Positions 1 through 14,276 of a stretch of 64,000 bases of DNA are shown in pieces (positions within the stretch are counted from its first letter, which is position 1; each line of letters opens with the position of its first letter). Origin of the DNA: Monocercomonoides exilis PA203 (taxonomy: Eukaryota > Protista > Preaxostyla); NCBI GenBank assembly GCA_001643675.2, contig LSRY02000037.1, positions 620,001 to 684,000 on the forward strand, read 5' to 3'. The position numbers were made by a program, and so were the translations under genes. Under the pieces are notes generated by a model. That model was not told where the DNA came from and searched no databases. It saw nothing but the letters and a program-made list of their open reading frames with translations.

Positions 1-3000
1 CTTGTGGTTTTTGTCCCTATGATGTCCCTATTATTGAATTGGTTATTGTCCCTATTAAATCTGAATATATCGAGATTCATTAATAGAGAGAGTTGTGAAG
101 GAATTCATTGATCTTTGTGTGAGGTTTTTGGAAGGGAGAGTAGTTGAGAGTGTGAAATGTTGTTTTATCATTGTGTCTGTCTTTTTTCTTTGTTGAATTT
201 GATCTTTTTGAGTCAAAGTTAGAGAAATATCAGATAGGGGAGAGTGGATGGAAAACAGAGGGAAAATAAACAAGTTAGTTTTTGAACTTTTTATACAAGT
301 ATTCTTTTTTGTTTGGAATTGTCTTTGATACCACGAATTTGCTGAAATAGTATAGATTTTTCTTATATCTTTTATTGTTCAAAATTGTTGACATTTAGTT
401 GTTATTTGGTGAATGTTTTAAGATTATGTGATAGAACTATGTTTTTTTGAAAGTTATTGAATCTGATTAGAAATTTTCTGACTGTTATCGATTTTTTTAA
501 TAATTAATATCATGAAGTCCTTTTTGTTTTTATATGTCATTTTGAATGAAAACGATTGATTTTTTTTTAACGAATTTTTTTTCATTTCATTGATATTTCT
601 TCCATTTCGATTTTGACTCAGATTCGAAAATATTGCGATTTTTTTCCTTGAAATCAATTTTCGTTTTTTTCATATTCTTTAAATAAACGTTAAAACCAAT
701 TAATATTTATTAAAGAGAAATTATTTTATCCAAAAAAGATCAACAAATAATTAACTGTTTCACAAAAGATCTCAATGATCATAAAAAATTTTTCATTACT
801 TGGGAATTTGCAGAAATCGTTATTAACCTTATGAAACACTTCGACAATATATAAATATTATCTTGATGTATCAAATAAGCATTTCTGCAAATTCCTGATC
901 AACAGAAAAAATGAAATTTTAAATGGGATTTCAGTGAACTGAAATATATCAAATTTTTCTAAAAGAAACTTCGTTTTGAGATATTACATAGTTCTTCAGT
1001 GATTCATATTTTCTTCTTCACATATTTTTCCTGTCGTTTCGCGATCTTCTATTATTTTCCTTCGCTGCACACACATTATGTTACAAATATTTCCTTCTTC
1101 CTCTCTTCTTCATTATTGAATCAAAAACATTCATAAAGAAGCATCATCTATCTCTTAAATTTTATCAGATTGCACTGATAGTCATTTTGAATGAGTTTTT
1201 TCCAACTCCGCTGTGTATTTAATCAGACCACCGAAGCCAACCTAAGAATACATGATAATTTTATCCAAACAGTTATTTACTTATAACTGACCGACAGTTT
1301 CTTTGAGGCGATCATTATTAATTATCTGTGGATTGACAAACTGATGCGAGATTCGATTCAGCTGCAATTAATGCTTTCATTTTTAGGAATGACTGGAGAA
1401 AAGATACCATGAAGCTTTTCTGCATCGTCTGCTTTATATTTGATCTCTATTGTCACCTGTGGCGGTTTACAATGAAAGTTTGCTTTGTAATATTCTCTCA
1501 GCAACTTTAAAGAAGAAATCATTCAGAGCCATTTTGCGGGAGATGAAGAGATCAGAAAAGTCATCTTTAAATGAATGAAAAGAACACATCTCCGTTTTTC
1601 CACGTCAAGTTATACAATTAGCTTGCGAAATTACACAAGAAGAAAAAAGTCAAAAAGAATGAAGAGTCAAAATGCAAGATATTGTTTAAACAAGAGCTCT
1701 GAATTACATAAACTATGTGTTTGTTGAGCTGTCAACATATACACAGATGCACTTCAGACATCTTTTATTGAGAAAGCGAGAAGAATCCTGAAAGCGCACT
1801 GGAGAAGTTAGCTGATAGGTCTAATTCATATGTGGAGGCTAAGCGGTAGAATAGCAAAGGAATAAACTCAATCTTGGAGAACGAATAGGAAACGAAGAAA
1901 GATAAGATGAGTTTGAGCAGCTAGACTAACGAGGAGAAAGTGCAGAACAGCGCTGTGTTAATAGTCGTTCTTTATCTATTCAGGAAGCTGACTGAACCTA
2001 AACAAAAAGGAAGTCATCGATGCTGAGTAGTTTCTGGATGTGCATCTCTCCCAAAGAGGATGCATATGGTGAACATCGTGAGCTACCTTATCAACGGGTT
2101 CTCGATATGCCTTGTTGACAAGCCGGAGATACTTTTGGAAGCTGCAGCAGCTCCAAACTTTGTCCGAAGCTTTATAAAGTGTCTAACGATGAACATGCAT
2201 GTCTGCAGAAATGAGTAAAAATTGTTGCATCCAGATTCTTTAAGTGAATTGGACGAAAAAGCCAAAAGAGAGAGGAGAAGGAAGGGTTGGACAGAAAGAA
2301 AGGACTGATAGACGGATGGATGTTAAGGAAGTATTTTTTTGGAAGATCCGATTACATACGCATGGAACAGAGAAATGCAGTCACAGAACAGGCTTTCAAT
2401 TCTGGCAGGTGCTTCGATTTAACGGAAGGCTTGGGCTAAAAAACAAAAGCCTTTTCACTTGCAGAATTTATCAATCAATGCTCATAAGTTCTGATGGCAA
2501 AAGTATTCTTTCAAAAAAAAGATCTATCGATGAATATTTAGCGGAAGGAAAAGAATGAGAAAATTGAATTGGAACATCGAATAGGACATTGCCTTATTTA
2601 AGGTGTATTTTTTTGTTTGATTATTTCTTATCACTATTATTTTTTTATCGATGGTTTTTTTTCAATTAAACTAAATGCATACAGACAAACAAGGAATGTG
2701 AAAAGATGGCTTTTTGAGCGCTTCTGGAAGGCAGCAGGGTTTGCAGTTGAAAATATTTTTGAAAAGATGCAGGATGTTAATTTGTATATTTCCATTAACG
2801 TGAAGAATAAGAAAAGTGATTTCATTTGATGATTTTAATTTTAAGCTTTTGGAACAAGAAGCCAATGGAGCAGAAACAGTCGCAGCAGAAGCACAAGGAG
2901 GAGAAAGAGGAAGAGAAAGGAAATATGAACGAGGATAGAGTTCATTTGAGAGAAGAAGATATTTTGAAGTGGATTTGTTGTGAGAAACATCCTTGATAAG

Positions 3001-4088
3001 GTTGTTGAGCAAATCGTTATCAGAGACAGAAACAGAAAAGGAAGATGGGTCTGAAAGTTTATCTGGTGAGTCGTGGCTGCAAGTGCGATTTCTATCTATG
3101 TGCGATAATGAGATTACAAATACGAGGTGTTTGCTTGTCGAGGAGCAAGAGCGTTTGATAGGACAGATGGAAGGCTGAATCGGGCTGAGCATTTTGAAAA
3201 AGGATAAATCAGAGAAAGAAAGGAGAACAAAGAAGGAACATATTGAAATACAAATTTTATTTCACTAAGCTTGTTGGCAACAATGCAAGGTATGTGAATG
3301 AGTGAAATGGGTTTTTGAAAAGTAAAAAATATATCTCATTTATTAATTTATATGAACGTTTATTTTATTTCTTATTTTGTTTTTTATTTCTTTTTATTTG
3401 TTTGTATTTTTATATGAGTATTCATTCATTTATTTTTTTCCTTGTTTGGTGCATGTTGGGATTGCTAGACTTTGAGATATTCATTCAGTGGATTTTTAGA
3501 CACGGCCATATTGGAGGGAAAAGAAGAGATGGTGCAGAAGCATCTGGGGCAGCGAGATAGAAACGGTTTGAGAAGCAGTGAGAGGAGTATCAGAAGCATA
3601 TTTCACCGGCAAAGTGATTAAAAAACGGGGAATGAGAAAGAGGGAAAGGAGCGGTTGGTGAGAAGGAAATGCGAAATGGAGATTGGTTGAGAGAAGGGTG
3701 TGGGAGATAACAGGAACATTGCAAAAAGTGAGCAGCAGTGACCAGCTACTGGAACAAAAAACTTATTCTTCTTAAAAAAACGAGCTTGTGAAAGAAAATT
3801 GAGGAATGAGGAAGAAAAACGCAGTGTGAAAGGGAAGATATTCGTATCATACAGAACAAAATCATAAAAAAATGAAGGATCTATGAAAGGAGAATGAGAA
3901 GAAGAAGAAGAAGAAGAAAGTTATGTGGGAGCAACTGAAGAGAGGACAGAGGAAACATAAGGCTGGCTGGCAGGGAGAGTGGATATGAATGGATAACAAA
4001 AAAGAATGTGAAGTTAAAAGCAAAGCGCGCTTGTGTGTTGAGCAGGTTGGACTGCTGAAGAGAAGATGTGTCGTCATCTTCATCAAGC

Positions 4089-4094
4089 TCTTCT

Positions 4095-4126
<32 letters not shown>

Positions 4127-4153
4127 TTCTTCTTCTTCTTCTTCTTCTTCTTC
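4089..4153. repeat. (CTT)n/(GAA)n microsatellite
   Basis: About 20 tandem CTT units read directly; the poly-K ORF 3862..4155 is an artefact of this tract. Confidence 0.95.
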
Positions 4154-7100
4154 ATATTATAACTTCGTTGTTTTTGTCACTTTTAAAATTGCAACTTTTA
4201 CGATACAACGAATAAATAATATTTTAATTCATTCATGAAAATATTATAAAACAAAACAACTCTATCTTCTGCTCCTTCAACTTCTTCTTCCTATCCTTCT
4301 TCAACTCCTTCAACAATTTCCACCACAGTCTCCTTCATCTTCATAGTTCGGTCATTTGTTATGTGTGTCAATAGAAAGAATCTGCAGTTGATGTCTCTCA
4401 ACACACGAGGTACAAAGCGAAAACTCCTTCATTGTTGACTCATGTGCTTTTCTTCTTATTTCTCTTCGTATGAATCAGGCTTCGAAGCTTTGCTATCCCT
4501 TCCATTTGTTGTTCGATGGAAAAGCAGTTGTGTTTTTATCATGTTCAGTCATTCAAACTATTAAAACAATAAATGAAGAAGGTGGAAGTGAATTTCAAAA
4601 GTCATTTTTTAAATAATACCCTGTTTTTCCATCATTCTTTTCCTCATTCTCCACTTCAAATTTACACTGTTTCTTCTCCTCCTTCGAATATATCTCTCTT
4701 TCCTATCCACCAGACTTCCACTGCAATTCTAACATTTTTCCTCCTCTATCCTTTGGCTGCATCTCATCAAGCACAAGAAAAAAATCTACCGTCCAAATGA
4801 TCGAAGCTCACTTTCATCTCATTTTCATCAGAGATTGCTTTCAAATAGAATTACAAGGAACATTCGCGTCTGCTTATTCTGTGACTTCGTGTGTCTCGAT
4901 TACAATGGACAACTTCTTTGCGAATGTTACTCTGCAAAACATAGTGTTAAGATTCTGCCATCATGAATGCGGCGGTGCACAAGTTCAAATTAACATCACA
5001 CGAAGTCAAAACCAGATATATTTGAATGTTCAATCTATTTCTTCATCTGCGATGTATTCTGATGAGATTAAAAGCAATAATTTTTATAGATTTGCTGCTC
5101 AGATGAACACCAAGACTCGACCTTGATTGCTATCAGAGCACAGACATTCTATCCAATCGTAAATGACTGGCCTTCTTCAACTGCAAAAAATTCTGACTTG
5201 TTACCTGAAAACGAAAAGGATATTTGTTCTGATGATGATGCAACAGCATTGAATGCAACTCATCTTTAGAAATCTTCTCCATCTTCTTCTTCTTCACCTT
5301 TAATCTCTTTTAGCTTCATTTCTCCCTCCATTCCATCCTCTTCTGCTTATTGACAATCTCACTTCTTTCTTTTTCTCGAACTTCCTTCTCATTTCAATTT
5401 CTTCTCCGACAACTTAACTTGCGCTCAACTCTGAAGTCGCTTTTCCTTTCTCGAAGGGATTTGTGCCTTGTGGCTGGATGGAAATGATATTCTCAGTGTT
5501 AAAAATTGCTCCTACTCTGAACGCCAGTGCTCGATGGAAGCTGGGCCGTATAAAAACATGTGGGGATACTGTAATGAGGTTTTTGTGACGTACCAAATAA
5601 AAGGTTGAGGAGGAAGTGAGATCGGGAGACATTCGAACTCAGAGAATAGGACAATTTGGAAAATAAAAGATTAAAAGATAACGAATTGTCTAAAGGAAAG
5701 GAGCGTTCAAATGTGACATTATAAGACAAAAAGCTGTCTTTTTTTGCTTGAAACTTTGAAATCTGATATTGATACCAAATATGGAAGAGAGTTTTATCCA
5801 CTCGGCCATCATTACAACTTTTGGAAGCAACGTCTTTGTATTTTACAAATAAGTTTTACAAAAGCTCAATTTCAATCAATTTGAACTTCTGCTTTTGACT
5901 TCGAATCTTTAATGGCTGCTTTTGAGAGGAACGGGGTGTTTGGCTGTGATGATGCACCTGATGGAAGTGGAGGAGACGAGAGAGTGACAGTTTATTTGGT
6001 TCAGCTGATTCTGCAGTTCGAATGGCTGTTGTTTATGTAGACAGCAGTGGCTGTATCGACAGAGCTATTTGTGATCTTTAAGAGTGATTAAATAGAAATA
6101 TAAATGAAGCACTGATGCATCTGGCGTGTGAGGAGGAGTATTGCAGAGAGATGGAGAAGAGAGAAATAGATAGTGGAAATGAAAAAAGCTGCAAAGGAAG
6201 AGGAAGAGAAAAAGAAAGGGGAAAAGAAAGGGAAAGGGAATGAGAAGGTTGGAAGGGGAAAGAAGGCGGATAATAATAAATGTGCAAGAGGAGGAAGCAA
6301 CGGAGCAAGAAGCATAGAAATGAGAATTGATCAAACGGAATCTTTGATCTGAACGATGAATATGAATATTTCTAATTATTGTTTTCCATTGCTTCCATTT
6401 GAAAAAAGGACGATAACAATAACATCAAATCTAACTCTTCGTCTGTCTTTATCAGCAATATCATCTGCTTGTGCTTTTTCAAAGAATGAAAATATCCAAA
6501 AATGTTAACAAAATAAAAATGCAAAAACAGTCGAATTTGGTTTATTCTTCAAAAATACTCTTTCAGCCGTTCGCGATCGAGCCACAAGCACAGGGGAGAT
6601 GATAATATCAATCTCAGGACAAAGCTTGATTTTTATTTATTGAAATTAAAATAAACTTTTCTTCTGTTTATTCGTTTGAGAACTTATGTTTCATGATATA
6701 AATGGACTGTTTCAGAATGAAGAAAAGTAGGTCAAAAGCTATTCACAAATGAAGCAACGGAATAAATACAAGGAAAAGCAAATGAAACGAAAACCTTTCG
6801 TTTTCTTTATTTATTTCATCATTATCTTCTTTTTCTCCTTCTTCACCTTCGTTTTCTTCCATTTCTTCATCTTCTTCCTCAACTACTCTGTCTTGAATGC
6901 TGTTCATCGCTTCAGAAGAGAATTGAGAGAGTGGAGATTAACGAGAGATAAATCGAAAGAGAAAGAGAAAGAGGTTCAACGGGGGAAAAGCAAAAGGAAA
7001 AAGATACACAAAAGAAGAAGAAGAAGAAAATGGAAATTACTCAGAGGATTGAGAAGAACAACGTTGCAAGAAGCAGTGGTGAGATTTGTGGAAATGAGAT

Positions 7101-8145
7101 ACACGACAGAGCTGTTGGAGTCAACATCGAACACAAAGATGAGAGAGGCAGCACCAGGGGCGTAGAGGTTGATATGGGAGAGCATGAAAGATAAAGCAGG
7201 AAGAGCACAGAAGAAAGAATCTGAGATTATAATGATAGTCGATCAAAAAAAATAGGGAATATTTCACATCAAAAAAACGTTAAAAAAAGAGAAAGAAGGA
7301 AGAGCAGGTTGATTTAAACAATGAATGAAAGGAGATTGCAGTAAATGCGGATGCAGTTGTAAAGAGGTACATACACTTCTACCACCTCAGCCATTGCATA
7401 TACAAGGTGTGTTTGGGAAGGTCAGCATTGAAAAGGAGCAGCTTGACAAAAGCAGATTAGCTGAAAGAGAAGCGATAAAAGAGGGACTTAGTTCACAAAG
7501 AAGGTTTAATAAAAAAGGCAGAAGAGATGAGAATTGTTATGTGACAGAAGTTTTTTAAGTTAAAAAAAGTGAAAATTCCCCAATTTCCTTTTATTTATTT
7601 ATTATTTCATTGCAATTTTTTTTTAAATTGTTTGATCAATTTTTTTAATAACTTCTTCAAAGTATTATTTACTTTTATAGAAAAACAAACAGCAAACATT
7701 TGTATATCTGATAAATATCTTGTTTAACTATTATCTTTTTCGATGTTAATTTTTGAAAATTGTATATTTTTTACAAATGTTTTAAGATTTTCAAAATTAA
7801 TAAAATAATTTCTTTGCATTAACATCATAAAACTAATTTTCATATCAAAAAATTATTGATTTCATATTGCTATTATTGTTTTCATGTTTAAAATACCAGT
7901 GAACATTTGTTTCGTTCTGTTTGCTCAGTTTTGTAATTTTTTGAATAAAAATTAATACTTTTTTCAAAATTTGTGATAAAAACAATTGGAAACAAATTAA
8001 AATCAATAAATAAATAAATATAATAATAATTTTAGCAATATATTCGTGAGTTCATCACTTTCATTTTTCTAATCAACCCCACCCTTAATGGAAATTTTTT
8101 ATGATCAAACTTCGTAATTTTTTATGATATCAAAAAAAAACACCC

Positions 8146-8234
8146 AAATAAAACATTTATAAAAACAAATTAAAAAATAAAAATTCTTTGATCAATCCCA
8201 CAATTATATTTTGAATAATTTAAAAAGAAAATTT
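8146..8234 (+). repeat. ~89-bp repeat, inverted partner at 11944-12032
   Basis: aaattctttgatcaatcccacaattatattttgaataatttaaaaagaaaattt is the near-identical reverse complement of aaattttctttttaataattcaaaatataattgtgggtttgatcaaagaatttt. Confidence 0.85.
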
Positions 8235-9110
8235 AGTCTTTTTTGTTCGATGGATGGAGTTTACTTTTGTGAATGAATGATAAATTAAATATATAATTAT
8301 TTGTTAATTGGATGCACTGGTTATTGAAAAAGATAATCTTATGTTTTTGTTTAAGTGTTGTTGTTGGATTATGAAGCCTTTATGAATTCAATGTGAAACT
8401 GTATGAATCCGGCATTATTGGATAGAATTACAAATTCATTTTGAATACAGATGGACGTTTGCTAATCTTTTTTAATTATTATTATACAAATATGATAACT
8501 TGAAACTAAATAAATCATATCTTTATCTCTTTATCAAAATGGAACATTGAAGATAAGATAGAAATAAGAAAATAAGGAAGGGAAATATCCTTCACATTGG
8601 GCACATGAGGATCAACGAAGATGATAAAGTCCAAAGTCAGTCAATGCAGCTGCATCACTCGTTCAGGAAAAGGAGGAGGAGTGTATCTGGCGACAAAGGA
8701 AAGAGGGGATATGAATTTCATATTTACGGGAATGAAATTCAGTTCAAGTACAGCAAGAGTGGGAAATGGTATTTATTTTGAATGCTTCAACATCGCATAA
8801 CTGATCAATAAAAAACAATTTCAGTTTGATTTTCGAGAAGACAATTACAATCGCAGTGATGCAATATATGGAAGAGATTTGTGCAACAACACAAATGATA
8901 CTAATCTGATTGGATTTATTACGATTCATCAGAGCGACACAATTATTGTGACCATTAGATGGGGAAAAGCAAAGAAAGAAAACTAAGATCTGAGAGAGAT
9001 TGTGAATGATTACATCAGAAAAGACCCGAAAGCATTTGAGATGGTTACGATGGAAATGTCACCAGAAGAGCAGTGGAGGAGAGCAGAAAGAAAGAAAGAA
9101 AGAAAAATAG

Positions 9111-9149
<39 letters not shown>

Positions 9150-9376
9150 TGGATAGAATGTAAGTACATGAAAAAATAAAGTCGATACAATTGAAAAGCA
9201 TTTGATTCACAAAAACATCAAAATTTTATCTAATTCTCTTTTAACTCATTCGAATAGCAAGAGCACATTAAAAAACAAAAAAATACTACATTTTCTCTTC
9301 ACCTTCACCCCTTTTCTTCAAACCCACCTTCCCCTCCTCTCTCTCTTTCTCTCTTTTCTTTCTCTTTTTTTTTCTT

Positions 9377-9695
9377 TCATTCCTCCCATACCTTCTCCCC
9401 AAACAGCCTCGCTGTCTCGTCTGAGCACTTGCACGATGAACAAAATATCAGAATGTGTTTTCTTGGCGAAATATCATTTGCGATTCTGTTCAGCTGTACC
9501 GCCGTTACTGCATCGAAGATGCGACTCGGAATGAGTGTGGAGTAAACCTGCTTCCGTGCAGCCATTGAGACGCGCGAGAGAGAATGAGCCAGACAGTGGA
9601 GGAAGAGGCGGGTGCTGTCTCGGATGGTGGCGAGCTGGGAGAGGGAGAGGGTGAGGGAAGAAGAGGAGGAGGGAGAAGAAGAAGAGGGAGAGAGG

Positions 9696-9727
<32 letters not shown>

Positions 9728-11330
9728 AGATGATGACTGTGATGTGTTTTGTTGAGAAGAAAAAAATGACGAAGAAGACGAAGAGGAAGAAGAAGAAGAA
9801 GAAGATGATGTTGTTGATGAATGAAGAGGAAGAGGATGAGAAGAAGAAGAAAATAAAGAAGAAATTGAAATAGAAGCTGTCTCAGTTGAGTCAATCACCA
9901 CAAATGACTGAGGAGGATAGCCAAGTTGGCCGAAATGCCGCCGAAATGAGGCAGCTGCTCCGTCTCTGATGGAAGTTGTCTGAACAAAGAAGAGCACCAG
10001 AAAGGAAGGGAGATTTAAGGATGAATAAGAAGATGAAGAAGAAGAAAAAGAGGAGGAGGAGGAGGAAGAAGAAGAAGAAGAATAAGAAGAAAGAGAAGAA
10101 GAAGAAGAAGAACTTCCGATTTCGTATCCACATTTAACTGCAGATAGCTCTTTCACCTCAACCTTTGTGTTTTCATCTAATTCGACATTGATTGCTCCTC
10201 CGCTCAATGAATTTGACTGGTAATTTTAGAAATAGCAATTTTTGAGTGAATAAAAAGCAGAAGAAGAAGCCAAAAGAACAGCTGGACTTTTGATATTGTA
10301 AATTTCATTGAAATTTTCATTGCTATTTTCAATTCGTTTGATGTTTGAAATGTTTGTGGAAGACAAAATGAAAGTTGTTTGGTCATTATTAAAATGGGTG
10401 ATTGTGCTATGTCTGGATTTTATAATAGAAGAAGAAAAAGAAGAAGAAGAAGAAGAAGAAGAAGAAGAAGAAGAAGAAGAAGAAGAAGAAGAAGAAGATG
10501 ATGATGATAATGATAATGATGAAAAGGAATGCTGAAAGGCAGATTGAGAGGCAGGAGGAGCGATTGAAGAGAACAAAGAGCCTTCATTCAAATAGGTTCT
10601 GTGCAGATCACTTCTTCTTCTTCTTCTTATTCTGTTGCTGCTGCAATCCTTTTGGGCTTTTGATAAGCCGAGCACTGCAAATTTCCTTTTGGGAGTTTTA
10701 AATTCACTCATTTTTTGTGTATATCTCCTGCCAAGAACAGAGCGGCTCAGAAGCAGTTGAGAAGAAGGAGGAGAAGGAAATAAATGAGGAAAAGCAGAAA
10801 GAGAATGAGTAGTAGAAGAAGAAGAATGTGAAGAAAAATGAGGAGAAGTCAACAAAGAGGCATAAAATGTGATTGATTTGCGTGTGGTAGAATGCATCGA
10901 CAGATTCAATTTGCGGAGGATTATTTCATCTATCTTTCGTTTGTCAAGCAATGGAAGATGAGAAGAATGCAGAGAAGATGATAGGTCTTCTTCTTTAATT
11001 ACTTCTTCTCTTCTTTCTTCTCTTTCTTCTCTTTCTTCTCTTTCTTCTCTTTCTTCGTTTTCTTCGTTTTCTTTTTCTTTTTCATTAAATTTTTCTTTGT
11101 TTGGAGAATGAAATCTCTTTTTCTATTTCTTGTTCTTTTTCAGATGACTCTAAATGATCAGAAGAATGTTGTTGATGTTTTGTTTCATTCTTTTCTGTTT
11201 CAATCTCCTTTTTGCATTCATCTTGTTTGATCAACTCATTTTGTGTTGAAAAGTCTCTTTTTGAAGATAATTGCTCAATTTCATGTTGATCTTCATGTAA
11301 AAAAGAAGAAAAAGAGTGATGCTATTTTTA
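9377..11330 (-). pseudogene. Ser-rich hypothetical host-type protein (disrupted or 5'-truncated)
   Basis: ORFs 10226..10951 and 9377..10207 are in one frame, separated by a single TAA (10226-28). The frame continues upstream through EER repeats to a frameshift near 11120. It has poly-Ser tracts and a globular-looking C-terminus (RRHFGQLGYPPQSFVVID...HILIFCSSC). Confidence 0.55.
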
Positions 11331-11943
11331 AAGAAGGAAATAAAGTTGACTGTGTATAAAGGAATCATCGAATTGACATAAATTTTGTTGTTATTTTTGA
11401 GAGCTCTTATAATTGAAACAGTTATTTGAAAGAATATGCCTTGAAAGAGAGCGCTTGATATTTATTATATGAAATAACTATATGGAATTCGGAGTAAAAG
11501 AAATTTCTTATACATTTTTTATTGATAATATTAAATTAAGTAATAAAAAAATTGATATTTCAAATCTATTCATTTTCTAAAAATAAAAGCTATATCAATT
11601 TGAAAAGTGACTGGCAATGAACAAAAAGAAAACAATTATCTTTCGCATTTGAAAAAAAAGCAAAAAATGGAAAAAAATATATATAGAAATATATCAAATT
11701 AACTTTTAAAAGCTAAAACCTTACAAAAAATTTACACAATCAATGGTGATCATCCATCGCGTCTTATGCAGATCGAAAACCAATTTATACAAACAAAAAC
11801 AATCTTTGAAATTTAATGCAGCAAAGTGAAAGCAGTCTGAGTTAATTTTGTATTTAATTATCTCTCTATGAAAGGTTGGAAATAATTAGTATCGACAACG
11901 TTATAATATGAAACATTAATACTTTATATCATGCAGAAAAGCA

Positions 11944-12032
11944 AAATTTTCTTTTTAATAATTCAAAATATAATTGTGGGTTTGATCAAAGAATTTTGAT
12001 TTTTTTAATTTGTTTTTGTAAATGCTTTATTT
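11944..12032 (-). repeat. inverted partner of 8146-8234
   Basis: Reverse-complement match to 8146-8234. Confidence 0.85.
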
Positions 12033-14276
12033 CTCAAATTTTAATTAATGCAATATGAGTATATAATAATAAATGACCTTCCAGCAGCTTATTATTTTAA
12101 AATTATCAATTTTTATCAATAATTTGAAATAATACTCAAATTTATGGGTGATTATTCAAAATAGTTTTTTCTCAAGGATCGTAAAGAATTTCAAAATTCC
12201 TGTCCATACAAATGTTTTACTATTAAATATGCTTTTTATTTATCATATTATTTTATAGAATAATCAAGAATTGATAAAGGACCTTAAATACACCTATGCC
12301 GAATTACATTCCCTCAAAGTTAATTGACTCCGTTTTTGTGGGATCCCTGCCTTTCCCTTCGCTAACAGAAAATGATGCTGTTCTGTCAGCGCTAAAAGTT
12401 CAAATGAATCAAATGCCAAATGACGATCCCAGCAAAGAAGACGAAGAAGATGATTATGATGAAGAACATGATGAAGAAAATGATTATGAGAATTATGATG
12501 AGGAGGAGGAAGAAGAAAAAGAAGAAAAAAAAAGAAGAAGGCGAAGGAAAAGAAGGAGAAGAAGAAGGAGAAGAAATATTAAGGAAATGGAGGACAATAA
12601 GGAGAAAACATGCCACACACTTTGAAAATGAGTATTTTTGGATGAATGAAAGAAACAAAAAAAATTATCAGGAAGAAATGGTGCCATGGAATGCAAAGAG
12701 AGGCTTATCAAGAGGAACAATAATGTTTCTTAGTCAAAGAGAGACACATGAAAACTTCTGAGTGAATTGAAATCATTAGGAAAAGAACCCCAGAACGCTT
12801 TGCTAATAAATGGCTTATTGAAGTTGCATCATTGATCTAACGAAAGCACAGCTTGAACATCTGCTGATGGAAATGATTTCTTTCAGGACATGAAAGGAAA
12901 GCAATTACAATGATTGTTGCGATTTTGTTGCAAATTTTGAGAAAATTTTGACCCAAAAATCTTTAACAAGACATTGTCAAGAGTGAATTATGTGCAGAGT
13001 GAAATAAGTTAGATAATAATAGATAGTAAACACGCTGAGACAAGAAATGAAGAATAGTTAGTTGTTTCAAAATATGTATTAAACACAACGTTTAAATCAT
13101 TTTCGCAGCCAAATGATTGAATTGCTGTAATTCAACAATTGTTTAAATTGAGAGAAAATCTTTCTTTTTTTCTGTTTGTAACTTGGTTCTACCAAATTTG
13201 AGTCTGTGAAGAATTCTATCCGCTTGAAATCCCTCCTTCAAATGCATTCACTCATGAATGAATGAGGCAATTTTTCATTGAACTTTGTAAAGATGAATGT
13301 TTTCCTCGATAATCACTGTTCTCAAATGTTTCGCATGAACCGTTTCTGAAGGTGCTATTTTTTATCTGTTCACTTTTGTTCTTTCAAAACAATCGAAAAT
13401 TGTTTGTTGTTGAAACAGCAAGAACTACCTTGATTAAATTCCTCAAAATCATAGGAATAAAATCATCAGATTAAAAAGAGAGATTGGAAGAGGAAACATT
13501 GTCTTTGGAAATAAAACTCAAATTCACCATATCGGTTGACTCATATCGGAAATAAAACGGATTTACAGAATTAATGTGAGAAATGAAGCAATCCATCTTT
13601 TGTATTGTTTTATATGTAAAAAGCATCAAATGCGAAGACAAATGAAATATTGCGACATTTATTAGTCCAGCCAAAGAGTTGAATTTCACAAATCATGTTT
13701 ATGTTATTGTTGATGCAATATTTTTGAAATCCTTTGGTTTCGCAAAAAGTATTGTACATTTCAAAAATTTTGAAGTTATTTGTTTGATGAAAATGTGCTT
13801 ATTTTGAATCTCCCCGAACTGAATAAATATTGTTTCAATGCAAAGATGAAATCGAAAATACTTCTTTGTGAAACAATGTGGAAGTTTCAGAGACTTCTTG
13901 TGCTTCGAGTATCTTTGCAATTGGATAGACAGATGCAAAACAACGAACTCAGATTCATCAGAAAAGCCATTTTCAAATATGAAAAATATCGGATGAAATA
14001 ATTTTGTGAGCACCCGTTGTTTGCTTCACTTCATTTCCTGAAAACTTTTCACGGCAATAGCATCAAAAGACTGCAGGATTCGGTTTTCTGACCTATCATC
14101 ATCCAGAAAAAGTGAAAAGTGTAAGGATATATGGAATTACATGAAGAAAAAATCTGCAAATGACACTGTGCAAATGTTCGAGTATATGTTCTTGCATACA
14201 AACACTGGCAAAATGTATTTATCGGAAATTCATCAAATTTTCGAAGGATTGAATAACAGTAATTTGTTTTTCCGTT

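Noticed and set aside
800-1600. Another hAT N-terminal remnant
   Set aside because: Only vague similarity; no catalytic motif seen.
3862-12761. Many short poly-K/F/L/E ORFs in the ORF track
   Set aside because: They are alternative-frame or antisense readings of GAA/CTT microsatellites and AT-rich DNA.
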